64,000 nt of DNA from Eledone cirrhosa (GCA_964016885.1 OZ024757.1:5084001-5148000), one strand, 5' to 3'. Positions 1-12,290 are shown, counted from the stretch's first letter. Notes: generated from the letters alone by a model not told the origin. Program-made: numbers and translations.

Positions 1-72
1 GATAGAACAACCCTCAACTCCAGGAGTATGTTGTGCAAGTGCTCCTTTCTTCCTTTTGCTCGCTTCTTTAAC

Positions 73-952
73 CTACAGGTTTATAAACAGAGAAGGCCCA
101 ATCACTCGGGCCATTTTTGCCACGTTCACCCACCTTTCAGTAAATTTACTGGGGTGCAGTACCTCTCTATCCACTCTGATTCTCCTTCTAAAGTGATACT
201 TAAAGAAGGGAATGAGTTGTTGTCCGGAGAGAAAGGCATCTGTCCTCAGTCCTCTTAATCTCGTCCACCATATAACTTCTTTCACCATAGCCACTGTACA
301 GAGGAAAACCGCCTCTCTTTCGTTTTTGAAAGAGGCTGGCGGTTTGATCCTTACTATGGACTCAGCAGTCAACTGGATTTGTGACATACGCGACAGCAGT
401 TGTTCTGCATAGTTCCACAGGTGGGTTACGACCGGGCAGTGTACAACTGCGTGCAGGACGGTTTCAATGTCCTGCGCGCATCTTGGACACGTCCTCTTTG
501 AAGGGTCCGTGCCTGTAGATCTTGTCACGAACCGGTAGAGCTTCTCGGTAGCACTGCCAGGCCAGGGACCTCTGGAAGTTGTCCATAGGTCCCGGGCGGA
601 AAGTCCTACCAAACAGACTGGTGAGCTCATCGTCTTCGACGCCCAGAGTCTCTCCGAGCACGTCGTTGCCCTCGTAACGTACAATCCCTCTATAGAATGT
701 CGAAGTGGAGTCTCCACTGATTGCTGTGCCTGCTTGCCAGAGGACTGTGAGCGCCTGAGCGCATTCAATGTGCCAGGTGCCCATCGTTTTCGGCATTTTC
801 TTGATCCAGGACAGCAGCTCCGTTAACGAGATGAGCTGCGGGAAAGCCTATCTCACAAACGGTGCCCACACCGTTTGGGGGTCGGTGAGGAATACCTGGA
901 TATGCTGCAGCCTTAGCGCATGTTTGCGCATCATCAGCCACGGCATTCCCAG
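73..952 (-). mobile_element. 3' fragment of a Tx1/L1-like non-LTR retrotransposon ORF2 (C-terminal zinc-binding region), frameshifted
   Basis: ORFs 73..768 and 464..796 together give FQRSLAW..REALPVRDKIYRHG and CPRC..DIETVLHAVVHC..LW, the zf-RVT-type C-terminus of L1/Tx1 ORF2. The fragment is cut off at (TAGA)n. Confidence 0.8.
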
Positions 953-953
953 C

Positions 954-993
<40 letters not shown>
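953..993. repeat. (TAGA)n microsatellite
   Basis: About 10 tandem TAGA units. Confidence 0.95.
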
Positions 994-995
<2 letters not shown>

Positions 996-1770
996 TGTAT
1001 ACTCGGTTTTGAATTTGTTTTTCAAGATTTGTTACCTGAAAACGGGTTGTAACAGATATTGTTATACTTTGGGAGGTCATGCTGCCAATAAAAACACACG
1101 CACTTGTTGGTTTAACTTCAATTTATTGGTATTATTATTCGGCTAGTTTAATAACCAGATAGTTGTTTAGTTGTTGATTGTCAAATATCTTTTGTCACAC
1201 ATTCTGTCACCTCCTCAGTGACTACTTTTGTAGTTATTTTGTGTCTCTTCTTTTTTTGTACTACACCAACTTGTTTTTGTGAAAATTTGAAATGAAATCC
1301 AGCAGCTGTGTAGTTTTATTGGCAGCAGGACCCTTGCAATGTATACCAATATGTATATGTCATCAACATGTATATATAGTAAGGAAAATGTGAAGTTTGG
1401 TGTAGATGTTAAAAGTTCCTTTATTAACAAAGCTGTGATACACATTATAATGACAATCATGGTCACATGATTGAACAATCATGTGACCACGTGATATCAT
1501 CAGACAGCAACTTTATGTAATAAGGTTACGTCTGTGAGGCAATCCAAAGACAAGGGAATGGACAGAAATGGTAAGGTTCGTAGATGTTTTCAGAAGGATA
1601 TGATGTGACATTCAAACATTGTCTGGACTGATGCTAAGCCACTGCCTCCCTGTTTATGTTTCAGATAGAGGTGGTCTATGTCACTGTTGATGTGGAAACT
1701 TCCAGAACCAGTTAGAAGTTTTAGGGCTTTAGTATTATGGCTCAGATCTCATCTTCAGTCAAGTAGTCAA

Positions 1771-1882
1771 TGATTGTTACCATTGTAATTTATTAGTCCC
1801 CAAATTTTTCGGACCACCTCCTAGATAATGTCTGGTAAATCCGAAATATTTAGGGACTGCTAAATTACTAAGGTAACAATCA
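1771..1882. mobile_element. Short imperfect hairpin, possible MITE relic
   Basis: tgattgttaccattgtaatttattagtccccaaatttttcgga is a near reverse complement of tccgaaatatttagggactgctaaattactaaggtaacaatca. Confidence 0.55.
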
Positions 1883-2020
1883 GTCATACTGGCCCTTTTA
1901 TTTTCTAATCCATCTCTCTCAATTCTCTTCTCACTTGTTACCTTGGTAACCCTAAGCCACTTACATTGAAGGGCTCCCTAAACAGACCCACCTTTCACTT
2001 TCATATTCTACAATGTATGA

Positions 2021-2419
2021 AGGTACATGGCTTTGTGGTTAGGGTATTTGTCTCATAATTCCCAGCAGTACATTGTGTCCTTGAGCAAGACATTTTATTT
2101 CACATAGCTCCAGTCCACTCAGCTGGTAAACATCAGTGGTACAGGGTAGCCCAAAAGTCACACAGGGGTCGCAACTGTTTATAATTATTTTATTTAATTA
2201 TTCATAAGTAAAGTAGAGGTGTGACAAGGATTGACAAGTGCAAAATAATTTCCATTATGTCCTTTAAGTTGTGTCAACATTTCATACATCAATCTGTACA
2301 ATTCAGGAAGTTAATAAAAACTAAAACCCCTGTATGACTTTTGGGCCACCCTGTACCTGTAATTCGAAAGACCAACTTTGTCACATTCTGTGTCATGCTG
2401 AATCTCCCTGAGAACTACG

Positions 2420-2422
<3 letters not shown>
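2021..2422 (+). mobile_element. Decayed tRNA-derived SINE interrupted by a MITE
   Basis: Head catggctttgtggttag and core gtccttgagcaagacattttatttcacat..ctccagt..actcagctg are shared with the SINE at 11846-12184. Confidence 0.7.
2142..2353. mobile_element. Tc1/mariner-type MITE (212 bp) with TA target-site duplication
   Basis: 28-bp TIRs CAGGGTAGCCCAAAAGTCACACAGGGGT / ACCCCTGTATGACTTTTGGGCCACCCTG, with TA at 2140-2141 and 2354-2355. Confidence 0.85.
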
Positions 2423-2459
<37 letters not shown>

Positions 2460-2493
2460 ATAATAATAAATTTGAAGACTAAAATCCAAATAA

Positions 2494-2525
<32 letters not shown>

Positions 2526-2533
<8 letters not shown>

Positions 2534-5500
2534 GATCGAGTATCGAAAAATCGGCGCACGAGTTCACGATAAACGAAATTCGATATGAGCGGCAGAGGGC
2601 TCAATAATTCAGATGAATCAGAGCTATAACTATCGTTAAAATACCGTCACATATAGAACAAGTCTACAATCAACCATACGATTTAAAATCGATAAAGGAA
2701 GATTCGGGCCAAACAGATAAAAAATATCAATAAAACAATACGTCAATAATTTAAATGAATGTAAAATCATACCCGGACCCACTAGAAAGGTGTTAAATCT
2801 AGCTTCATGGGTTTCTGTAAATCCTTAGACTGTACTCTATCAGCTCACATATAAATATAAAAGCCTACTAGAGTAAGTGGAACGGAGTTTACGTTATCAA
2901 CGAGTTTTTTCCTGGCGGCAGAGGAGTCAACTAGCGGTGAAAAACGCACATGGCATTAGACAAGGGAGATGACCCCTATATCCGCGAAAACAATTCGAGT
3001 GAATGTGGAAATACACATATCGAATTAGAGTGCTCAATAGACATGTTAAAATAAAACAAAAGCTATTCATCACTCAATAGAATCGACAAAAAATGAGCAA
3101 TAAAATTAACTGGTGGATAGCTATGTCCAGAGCTAAATATATTAGAAAGATCGAGTATCGAAAAATCGGCGCACGAGTTCACGATAAACGAAATTCGATA
3201 TGAGCGGCAGAGGGCTCAATAATTCAGATGAATCAGAGCTATAACTATCGTTAAAATACCGTCACATATAGAACAAGTCTACAATCAACCATACGATTTA
3301 AAATCGATAAAGGAAGATTCGGGCCAAACAGATAAAAAATATCAATAAAACAATACGTCAATAATTTAAATGAATGTAAAATCATACCCGGACCCACTAG
3401 AAAGGTGTTAAATCTAGCTTCATGGGTTTCTGTAAATCCTTAGACTGTACTCTATCAGCTCACATATAAATATAAAAGCCTACTAGAGTAAGTGGAACGG
3501 AGTTTACGTTATCAACGAGTTTTTTCCTGGCGGCAGAGGAGTCAACTAGCGGTGAAAAACGCACATGGCATTAGACAAGGGAGATGACCCCTATATCCGC
3601 GAAAACAATTCGAGTGAATGTGGAAATACACATATCGAATTAGAGTGCTCAATAGACATGTTAAAATAAAACAAAAGCTATTCATCACTCAATAGAATCG
3701 ACAAAAAATGAGCAATAAAATTAACTGGTGGATAGCTATGTCCAGAGCTAAATATATTAGAAAGATCGAGTATCGAAAAATCGGCGCACGAGTTCACGAT
3801 AAACGAAATTCGATATGAGCGGCAGAGGGCTCAATAATTCAGATGAATCAGAGCTATAACTATCGTTAAAATACCGTCACATATAGAACAAGTCTACAAT
3901 CAACCATACGATTTAAAATCGATAAAGGAAGATTCGGGCCAAACAGATAAAAAATATCAATAAAACAATACGTCAATAATTTAAATGAATGTAAAATCAT
4001 ACCCGGACCCACTAGAAAGGTGTTAAATCTAGCTTCATGGGTTTCTGTAAATCCTTAGACTGTACTCTATCAGCTCACATATAAATATAAAAGCCTACTA
4101 GAGTAAGTGGAACGGAGTTTACGTTATCAACGAGTTTTTTCCTGGCGGCAGAGGAGTCAACTAGCGGTGAAAAACGCACATGGCATTAGACAAGGGAGAT
4201 GACCCCTATATCCGCGAAAACAATTCGAGTGAATGTGGAAATACACATATCGAATTAGAGTGCTCAATAGACATGTTAAAATAAAACAAAAGCTATTCAT
4301 CACTCAATAGAATCGACAAAAAATGAGCAATAAAATTAACTGGTGGATAGCTATGTCCAGAGCTAAATATATTAGAAAGATCGAGTATCGAAAAATCGGC
4401 GCACGAGTTCACGATAAACGAAATTCGATATGAGCGGCAGAGGGCTCAATAATTCAGATGAATCAGAGCTATAACTATCGTTAAAATACCGTCACATATA
4501 GAACAAGTCTACAATCAACCATACGATTTAAAATCGATAAAGGAAGATTCGGGCCAAACAGATAAAAAATATCAATAAAACAATACGTCAATAATTTAAA
4601 TGAATGTAAAATCATACCCGGACCCACTAGAAAGGTGTTAAATCTAGCTTCATGGGTTTCTGTAAATCCTTAGACTGTACTCTATCAGCTCACATATAAA
4701 TATAAAAGCCTACTAGAGTAAGTGGAACGGAGTTTACGTTATCAACGAGTTTTTTCCTGGCGGCAGAGGAGTCAACTAGCGGTGAAAAACGCACATGGCA
4801 TTAGACAAGGGAGATGACCCCTATATCCGCGAAAACAATTCGAGTGAATGTGGAAATACACATATCGAATTAGAGTGCTCAATAGACATGTTAAAATAAA
4901 ACAAAAGCTATTCATCACTCAATAGAATCGACAAAAAATGAGCAATAAAATTAACTGGTGGATAGCTATGTCCAGAGCTAAATATATTAGAAAGATCGAG
5001 TATCGAAAAATCGGCGCACGAGTTCACGATAAACGAAATTCGATATGAGCGGCAGAGGGCTCAATAATTCAGATGAATCAGAGCTATAACTATCGTTAAA
5101 ATACCGTCACATATAGAACAAGTCTACAATCAACCATACGATTTAAAATCGATAAAGGAAGATTCGGGCCAAACAGATAAAAAATATCAATAAAACAATA
5201 CGTCAATAATTTAAATGAATGTAAAATCATACCCGGACCCACTAGAAAGGTGTTAAATCTAGCTTCATGGGTTTCTGTAAATCCTTAGACTGTACTCTAT
5301 CAGCTCACATATAAATATAAAAGCCTACTAGAGTAAGTGGAACGGAGTTTACGTTATCAACGAGTTTTTTCCTGGCGGCAGAGGAGTCAACTAGCGGTGA
5401 AAAACGCACATGGCATTAGACAAGGGAGATGACCCCTATATCCGCGAAAACAATTCGAGTGAATGTGGAAATACACATATCGAATTAGAGTGCTCAATAG

Positions 5501-7722
5501 ACATGTTAAAATAAAACAAAAGCTATTCATCACTCAATAGAATCGACAAAAAATGAGCAATAAAATTAACTGGTGGATAGCTATGTCCAGAGCTAAATAT
5601 ATTAGAAAGATCGAGTATCGAAAAATCGGCGCACGAGTTCACGATAAACGAAATTCGATATGAGCGGCAGAGGGCTCAATAATTCAGATGAATCAGAGCT
5701 ATAACTATCGTTAAAATACCGTCACATATAGAACAAGTCTACAATCAACCATACGATTTAAAATCGATAAAGGAAGATTCGGGCCAAACAGATAAAAAAT
5801 ATCAATAAAACAATACGTCAATAATTTAAATGAATGTAAAATCATACCCGGACCCACTAGAAAGGTGTTAAATCTAGCTTCATGGGTTTCTGTAAATCCT
5901 TAGACTGTACTCTATCAGCTCACATATAAATATAAAAGCCTACTAGAGTAAGTGGAACGGAGTTTACGTTATCAACGAGTTTTTTCCTGGCGGCAGAGGA
6001 GTCAACTAGCGGTGAAAAACGCACATGGCATTAGACAAGGGAGATGACCCCTATATCCGCGAAAACAATTCGAGTGAATGTGGAAATACACATATCGAAT
6101 TAGAGTGCTCAATAGACATGTTAAAATAAAACAAAAGCTATTCATCACTCAATAGAATCGACAAAAAATGAGCAATAAAATTAACTGGTGGATAGCTATG
6201 TCCAGAGCTAAATATATTAGAAAGATCGAGTATCGAAAAATCGGCGCACGAGTTCACGATAAACGAAATTCGATATGAGCGGCAGAGGGCTCAATAATTC
6301 AGATGAATCAGAGCTATAACTATCGTTAAAATACCGTCACATATAGAACAAGTCTACAATCAACCATACGATTTAAAATCGATAAAGGAAGATTCGGGCC
6401 AAACAGATAAAAAATATCAATAAAACAATACGTCAATAATTTAAATGAATGTAAAATCATACCCGGACCCACTAGAAAGGTGTTAAATCTAGCTTCATGG
6501 GTTTCTGTAAATCCTTAGACTGTACTCTATCAGCTCACATATAAATATAAAAGCCTACTAGAGTAAGTGGAACGGAGTTTACGTTATCAACGAGTTTTTT
6601 CCTGGCGGCAGAGGAGTCAACTAGCGGTGAAAAACGCACATGGCATTAGACAAGGGAGATGACCCCTATATCCGCGAAAACAATTCGAGTGAATGTGGAA
6701 ATACACATATCGAATTAGAGTGCTCAATAGACATGTTAAAATAAAACAAAAGCTATTCATCACTCAATAGAATCGACAAAAAATGAGCAATAAAATTAAC
6801 TGGTGGATAGCTATGTCCAGAGCTAAATATATTAGAAAGATCGAGTATCGAAAAATCGGCGCACGAGTTCACGATAAACGAAATTCGATATGAGCGGCAG
6901 AGGGCTCAATAATTCAGATGAATCAGAGCTATAACTATCGTTAAAATACCGTCACATATAGAACAAGTTTACAATCAACCATACGATTTAAAATCGATAA
7001 AGGAAGATTCGGGCCAAACAGATAAAAAATATCAATAAAACAATACGTCAATAATTTAAATGAATGTAAAATCATACCCGGACCCACTAGAAAGGTGTTA
7101 AATCTAGCTTCATGGGTTTCTGTAAATCCTTAGACTGTACTCTATCAGCTCACATATAAATATAAAAGCCTACTAGAGTAAGTGGAACGGAGTTTACGTT
7201 ATCAACGAGTTTTTTCCTGGCGGCAGAGGAGTCAACTAGCGGTGAAAAACGCACATGGCATTAGACAAGGGAGATGACCCCTATATCCGCGAAAACAATT
7301 CGAGTGAATGTGGAAATACACATATCGAATTAGAGTGCTCAATAGACATGTTAAAATAAAACAAAAGCTATTCATCACTCAATAGAATCGACAAAAAATG
7401 AGCAATAAAATTAACTGGTGGATAGCTATGTCCAGAGCTAAATATATTAGAAAGATCGAGTATCGAAAAATCGGCGCACGAGTTCACGATAAACGAAATT
7501 CGATATGAGCGGCAGAGGGCTCAATAATTCAGATGAATCAGAGCTATAACTATCGTTAAAATACCGTCACATATAGAACAAGTCTACAATCAACCATACG
7601 ATTTAAAATCGATAAAGGAAGATTCGGGCCAAACAGATAAAAAATATCAATAAAACAATACGTCAATAATTTAAATGAATGTAAAATCATACCCGGACCC
7701 ACTAGAAAGGTGTTAAATCTAG
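2526..7722 (-). repeat. Tandem array of a 615-bp unit (8 full copies plus a partial); retrozyme/Penelope-like concatemer candidate
   Basis: Units start at 2526, 3141, 3756, 4371, 4986, 5601, 6216, 6831 and 7446. Only one substitution was noticed (C>T at 6969). The left end abuts (TA)n. Strand is inferred from the HHR-like motif. Confidence 0.95.
2776..2843 (-). ncRNA. Variant hammerhead-like motif, one per 615-bp unit
   Basis: Minus strand reads CTGATAGA-GTA(c)AGTC taag GATT TAC-A-GAAA-CCCA(tgaag)CTAGA..TCTAG-TGGG-TC. Stem III and the GUC site are clean. The core has two extra A residues and stem I is weak. Confidence 0.5.
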
Positions 7723-8000
7723 TAAACTCCGTTCCACGTAAACTCCGTTCCACTTACTCTAGTAGGCTTTTATATTTATATGTGAGCTGATAGAGTACAG
7801 TCTAAGGATTTACAGAAACCCATGAAGCTAGATTTAACACCTTTCTAGTGGGTCCGGGTATGATTTTACATTCATTTAAATTATTGACGTATTGTTTTAT
7901 TGATATTTTTTATCTGTTTGGCCCGAATCTTCCTTTATCGATTTTAAATCGTATGGTTGATTGTAGACTTGTTCTATATGTGACGGTATTTTAACGATAG

Positions 8001-8001
<1 letters not shown>
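7723..8001 (+). repeat. Inverted partial copy of the 615-bp unit, ending in (TA)n
   Basis: Reverse complement of part of the unit, carrying the HHR-like motif at 7787-7854. The 16-mer gtaaactccgttccac is duplicated at the junction (7722-7753). Confidence 0.95.
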
Positions 8002-8035
<34 letters not shown>

Positions 8036-8156
8036 GTGTGTGTGTGTGTATGCGTATATTCATATATATATATATACACACACACATATATATATATATC
8101 TTCAGCTGTATACATACATGTATGTGACTTTTCTATATCTAACGATATACAGTATG

Positions 8157-8220
<64 letters not shown>

Positions 8221-8259
8221 GATATTAACAAATGGAAACTATATATATAAAACCATATC

Positions 8260-8324
8260 TATTTTATTATACATATTTCAAGGATACCATGTTAAATTAT
8301 GGTATGCTTTCATCAGACAAAATA
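8260..8324 (-). ncRNA. Type I hammerhead ribozyme motif
   Basis: Minus strand reads tattttgt-CTGATGA-aagcataccat/atggtatcctt-GAAA-tatgta-TA-ataaaata. Stem I is 8 bp (one G-A mismatch), stem II is 10/11 bp, and the core is canonical. Confidence 0.85.
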
Positions 8325-8749
8325 CAATATATACCAGTTTTATAAATAAATTTTAACATACCCTTTATATATATATATATTTTTTTTTTCTTCTCTCATT
8401 CCATGCTTGTCTTTGCTTAAATAATTACTTCTTCACAGAAATACTTTTTCAATTACAATCTATTTAAACAAACTAGGACCCTATATCGTCTTCTAAGTTT
8501 ATAAATCATTTAATTTTATTATAATTCACATTATCTTTATTTTATTTTAATAATACATTTAATAAAACTTTTTCGCACCCCTTAATAAATCGTTCGGTAT
8601 ATAAACCCTAAATAAATAGTATACTTAATTTCTATATCTGTAATCATAAACATCATCAATCATAAACCTCATCAATTTTTAATTTTTTAATTTAATTAAT
8701 TTTACAACCGTTATTCAGTAATTTTTCAGTGGTGACAGCGTTTTTCAGT

Positions 8750-8874
<125 letters not shown>

Positions 8875-9076
8875 TTCTCTTTCTCTCTCCTCCTTCCTTC
8901 TTATACTCTTGCTCCGTTATCCTCTCCTTCTTTTTTCCTCTCTTCCTCTTCCCTCCTTTTTTCCCCTTCCTTCCCTTTTTTCCAATCTTCTATATCCTTT
9001 TAAATTTATTTATCATATATTGACTAGATACTACCTTGTTCACAAGTGTTTTTCTAGGCATCATATCATGTCTCCC

Positions 9077-9147
9077 TATTTTATCTGATGAAAACGCAAA
9101 TATCGTCCCAGGATGATATTTGTTTGTGAAATGCGCATAATAAAATA
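9077..9147 (+). ncRNA. Type I hammerhead ribozyme motif
   Basis: tattttat-CTGATGA-aaacgcaaatatcgtcc ca ggatgatatttgtttgt-GAAA-tgcgca-TA-ataaaata. Stem I is a perfect 8 bp and stem III (ATGCGCAT) is palindromic. Predicted cut after 9139. Confidence 0.88.
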
Positions 9148-9180
9148 CATGGAACTTTTTTAACCATCTTTTAATTTCTT

Positions 9181-9261
<81 letters not shown>

Positions 9262-9292
9262 TATATATATATACAGTATATATATATATACA

Positions 9293-9337
<45 letters not shown>

Positions 9338-9371
9338 AAAGAATTGAGGTGTAACACACAAGTTATTATAT

Positions 9372-9755
9372 ATTGGTAAACGGAATAGAAAATGCTGACA
9401 AATAATTGTTCACAGTTGAAAAATGGTTTAATTAGGAATAAAAGAGTATTAGTGATTGTATGGGTTAGTATTCAGTTGTGGTTTTAAGTTTTTACCGGTT
9501 GCGCATTTCCAAATGCCCTTCAAAAACAATTCTGAGATAGAGTGTCCGTGTTGTTTGCTCTGATCAGAGCAAACAGCACGGACACTCTATCTCAAAATTA
9601 TTTTTGAAAAGCATTTAGAAATGCGCAACCGGTAAAAACTTAAAAACTTAAAACCACAACTGAATACTAACCCATACAATCACTAATACTCTTTTATTCG
9701 TAATTAAACCATTTTTCAACTGTGAACAATTTGTCAGCATTTTCTATTCCGTTTA

Positions 9756-9760
<5 letters not shown>
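9372..9760. repeat. Spacer-less foldback palindrome (~195-bp arms) between TA tracts
   Basis: Centre gctctga|tcagagc at 9563/9564. The arms differ by a few substitutions, an 8-bp duplication and a 3-bp indel. Confidence 0.95.
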
Positions 9761-9837
<77 letters not shown>

Positions 9838-10110
9838 GATGTTGTTTACTCGAGAGAAGGCTACGTTGGTATGGTCACGTGATGCGCATGAAAAGCGACA
9901 GCTGTATAGCAAAGTGCAGGGCAATAAAGATAGACGGTAGCCACGGAGTAGGCAGACCAAGAAAAACCTGGGACGAGCTGATAAATTCCGACCTCACACA
10001 CTTACACCTCTCCAAGACAGTGTCACTGGACCGAGAGCTTTGGCAGTACTCAGTAATAGAGAAGACCCGCCTTACCTAAATACAAAGTAAAACCTACTAC
10101 AGTCAGTAGG
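9838..10110 (+). mobile_element. RTE-clade LINE 3' fragment
   Basis: Encodes [25 protein letters not shown] and matches the 3' region of the RTE copies at 27.5 kb and 31.4 kb. Confidence 0.85.
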
Positions 10111-10136
10111 CATCTCTAACAAAATACAGCCCCGTT

Positions 10137-10436
10137 TTGAGTTCAATTGTGAGTTCAATTCTCAGACCGGGTGATGTGTTGTTTCCTTGAGCAAGACACT
10201 TTATTTCACATTGCTCCAGTTTACTCAGGTATAGAAATGAGATGATAGGGACTTGGGTCCCTATCATTCCACTGCAAAGTGGTCGTGGCGGTGCCACGGC
10301 AATAAAGCACCCAGCACTCACTGGAAATGAGGTTGGTGTTAGGAAGGGCATCCAGCTTTAGAAATCAAGCCAGAATCAGTTCCCGTCCCACCTTTGCAAG
10401 CAGGGAAAAGTGGACGTAAAATGAAATGATGATGAT
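10137..10436 (+). mobile_element. 5'-truncated SINE with RTE-derived tail
   Basis: Same sequence as the SINE at 11846-12184 in opposite orientation, with B-box gagttcaatt and a (TGA)n end. Confidence 0.8.
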
Positions 10437-10524
10437 ATATATAAAGTAGGACAGGTACATGTGTATATACTTGTGTGTGTGTTTGGGTGCTCTCTCTCTC
10501 TCGCTATATATATATATATCTATA

Positions 10525-10572
<48 letters not shown>

Positions 10573-11391
10573 TATATCAGTGGTTCCCAACCTTTTCTGC
10601 TACATGCCCCTCCTCAATCTATAATATATTTATGTTCCCTTTTAATATAAACACAAACTGAGACTTGTAAAACTAATATAAAGTAGAAATCCTTTAATGT
10701 ACTGGGGCCGATATTAACAAGATAATATATTGGAAGTGTTGCCCCAGCATGGCCTTAATCGAATGAACAACTAAAATAATAAAATGCTAGAAATAGCAGT
10801 CAAATACCAACAACAAGGCCCAAATCAACTGCACACCCACAAAATTTTTGTCTCGATTTTTGCGATTAAGTAAGACGAGAGTTATCTTTCTTGGCAAAAA
10901 CACCCGGGTTTGTTTACATTAAATTTTCTAGTTTAAAATATTTTCACTGATTTTAAGCCAAAGTTTTTTAATGGCTGCCACTTCCGGTTTGTGTTGTGCC
11001 TCTACAGGACAGCAGTAAACCTGCTAGAAATAGCAGTCATAGCAACATATTCACATATATTTATATATCAGGGATTCCCAACGAGGGGTACACGCCACAC
11101 TGGGGTCAATTTGAATATAATAGGGGTCAATTTGAAAGTTATATAATACGTTTGTTTTGACCACGGCTGCATCTTAGCTTTGTTTAAATAAAGGATCTCT
11201 ACTTTATATTACAATAATAACACTTTTACAAGGTTCTGTTTCTTTTTATATTAAAGGGGGACATAAACATATTTTAAATGTTGATATTTATTTATTTATG
11301 TCCTTCTTTCTGATGTTTACTAAACTCTAAACTCAGCATTTTTCTGTTGTTCTCTGGGATTCTAGCATATATATATATATATATATATATA

Positions 11392-11573
11392 TAGTATGAA
11401 TGAGATTCTACAGGACCAGAACTGTTTCATTCTTGAGAAATCATAAGGAATTTCTCAAGAATGAAACAGTTCTAGTCCTGTAGAATCTCATCTATACTAA
11501 AACTTTTATACTCTGCTATGTATTGAGTACCTTACTTACTGTGGTTACCTCCGATTCAACCCGGAATAACTTA

Positions 11574-11576
<3 letters not shown>
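11392..11576 (+). mobile_element. Short foldback element between (TA)n tracts, with a hammerhead-like 3' half
   Basis: Inverted repeat 11392-11441 / 11450-11499. The right arm reads attctt..aagaat-GAAAC-agttcta-GTC and is followed by gtattgagtac. Confidence 0.6.
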
Positions 11577-11640
<64 letters not shown>

Positions 11641-11845
11641 GTTTGTGTATATATATATTTACATATATATATATATGGCAGCCAACCTCACTTGCCACAG
11701 ACTCGAAAAAGCCGCCACTAATCTTGATCATTGAGGTTATAATTAAACTAAACTGCTTCCACTGGGCATCATAAGCTGATCGTGATCGTTGGAGACTGCT
11801 TTCTGCGCTGACCCTAAGATTAAAAGATATATATATATATATATA

Positions 11846-12184
11846 TCATCATCATTTCATTTTACGTCTGCTTTTTCCCTGCTTGCAAGGGTGGGATGGG
11901 AACTGATTCTGGCTCGATTTCTACAGCTGGATGCCCTTCCTAACACCAACCTCATTTACTGTGTGGGCTGGTGCTTTTTTTGCCGTGGCACCTCCACGAC
12001 CACTTTGCAGTGGAATGATGTGGACGCCAGTCCCTATCATCTCATTTCTACAGCTGAGTAAACTGGAGCAATGTGAGATAAAGTGTCTTGCTCAAAGACA
12101 CAACACATCACCTGGTCTGATAATTGAACTCACAACCTTTTGATTGCAAGGCCAATGCTCTAACCACTAAGCCATGTGCCTCCA
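11846..12184 (-). mobile_element. Full-length tRNA-derived SINE with RTE-type 3' tail
   Basis: Minus strand shows A-box TGGCTTAGTGG, B-box GAGTTCAATT, the core, gttaggaagggcatccagctgtagaaa shared with the RTE 3' UTR, and a (TGA)n tail. Confidence 0.85.
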
Positions 12185-12290
12185 TATGTATAATAAAATA
12201 AATATGGTTTTATAAATATAGTTTCCATTTATTAATATATTGTGTATTTACTCCACTAAACTGTTGAGTGCTTTATATCAGTTATAAAAA
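12185..12290 (+). mobile_element. 3' remnant of the hammerhead element family
   Basis: atatgtataataaaata (HHR 3' end) plus atatggttttata.atatagtttccattt matches the reverse complement of 8222-8276, followed by actgttgagtgctt. Confidence 0.7.

Noticed and set aside
1030-1095. ctgaaaa + hairpin tgtaaca/tgttata + aataaa
   Set aside because: There is no GAAA or NUH, so it is only suggestive of a relic
2526-7722. 615-bp unit as an rRNA/snRNA/histone gene array or coding repeat
   Set aside because: There is no ORF of 60 aa or more in the unit and no recognisable 5S, tRNA or snRNA sequence
10578-11130. hAT-like terminal words cagtggttcccaacc and cagggattcccaac
   Set aside because: Both are in the same orientation, and no matching inverted end or 8-bp TSD was found
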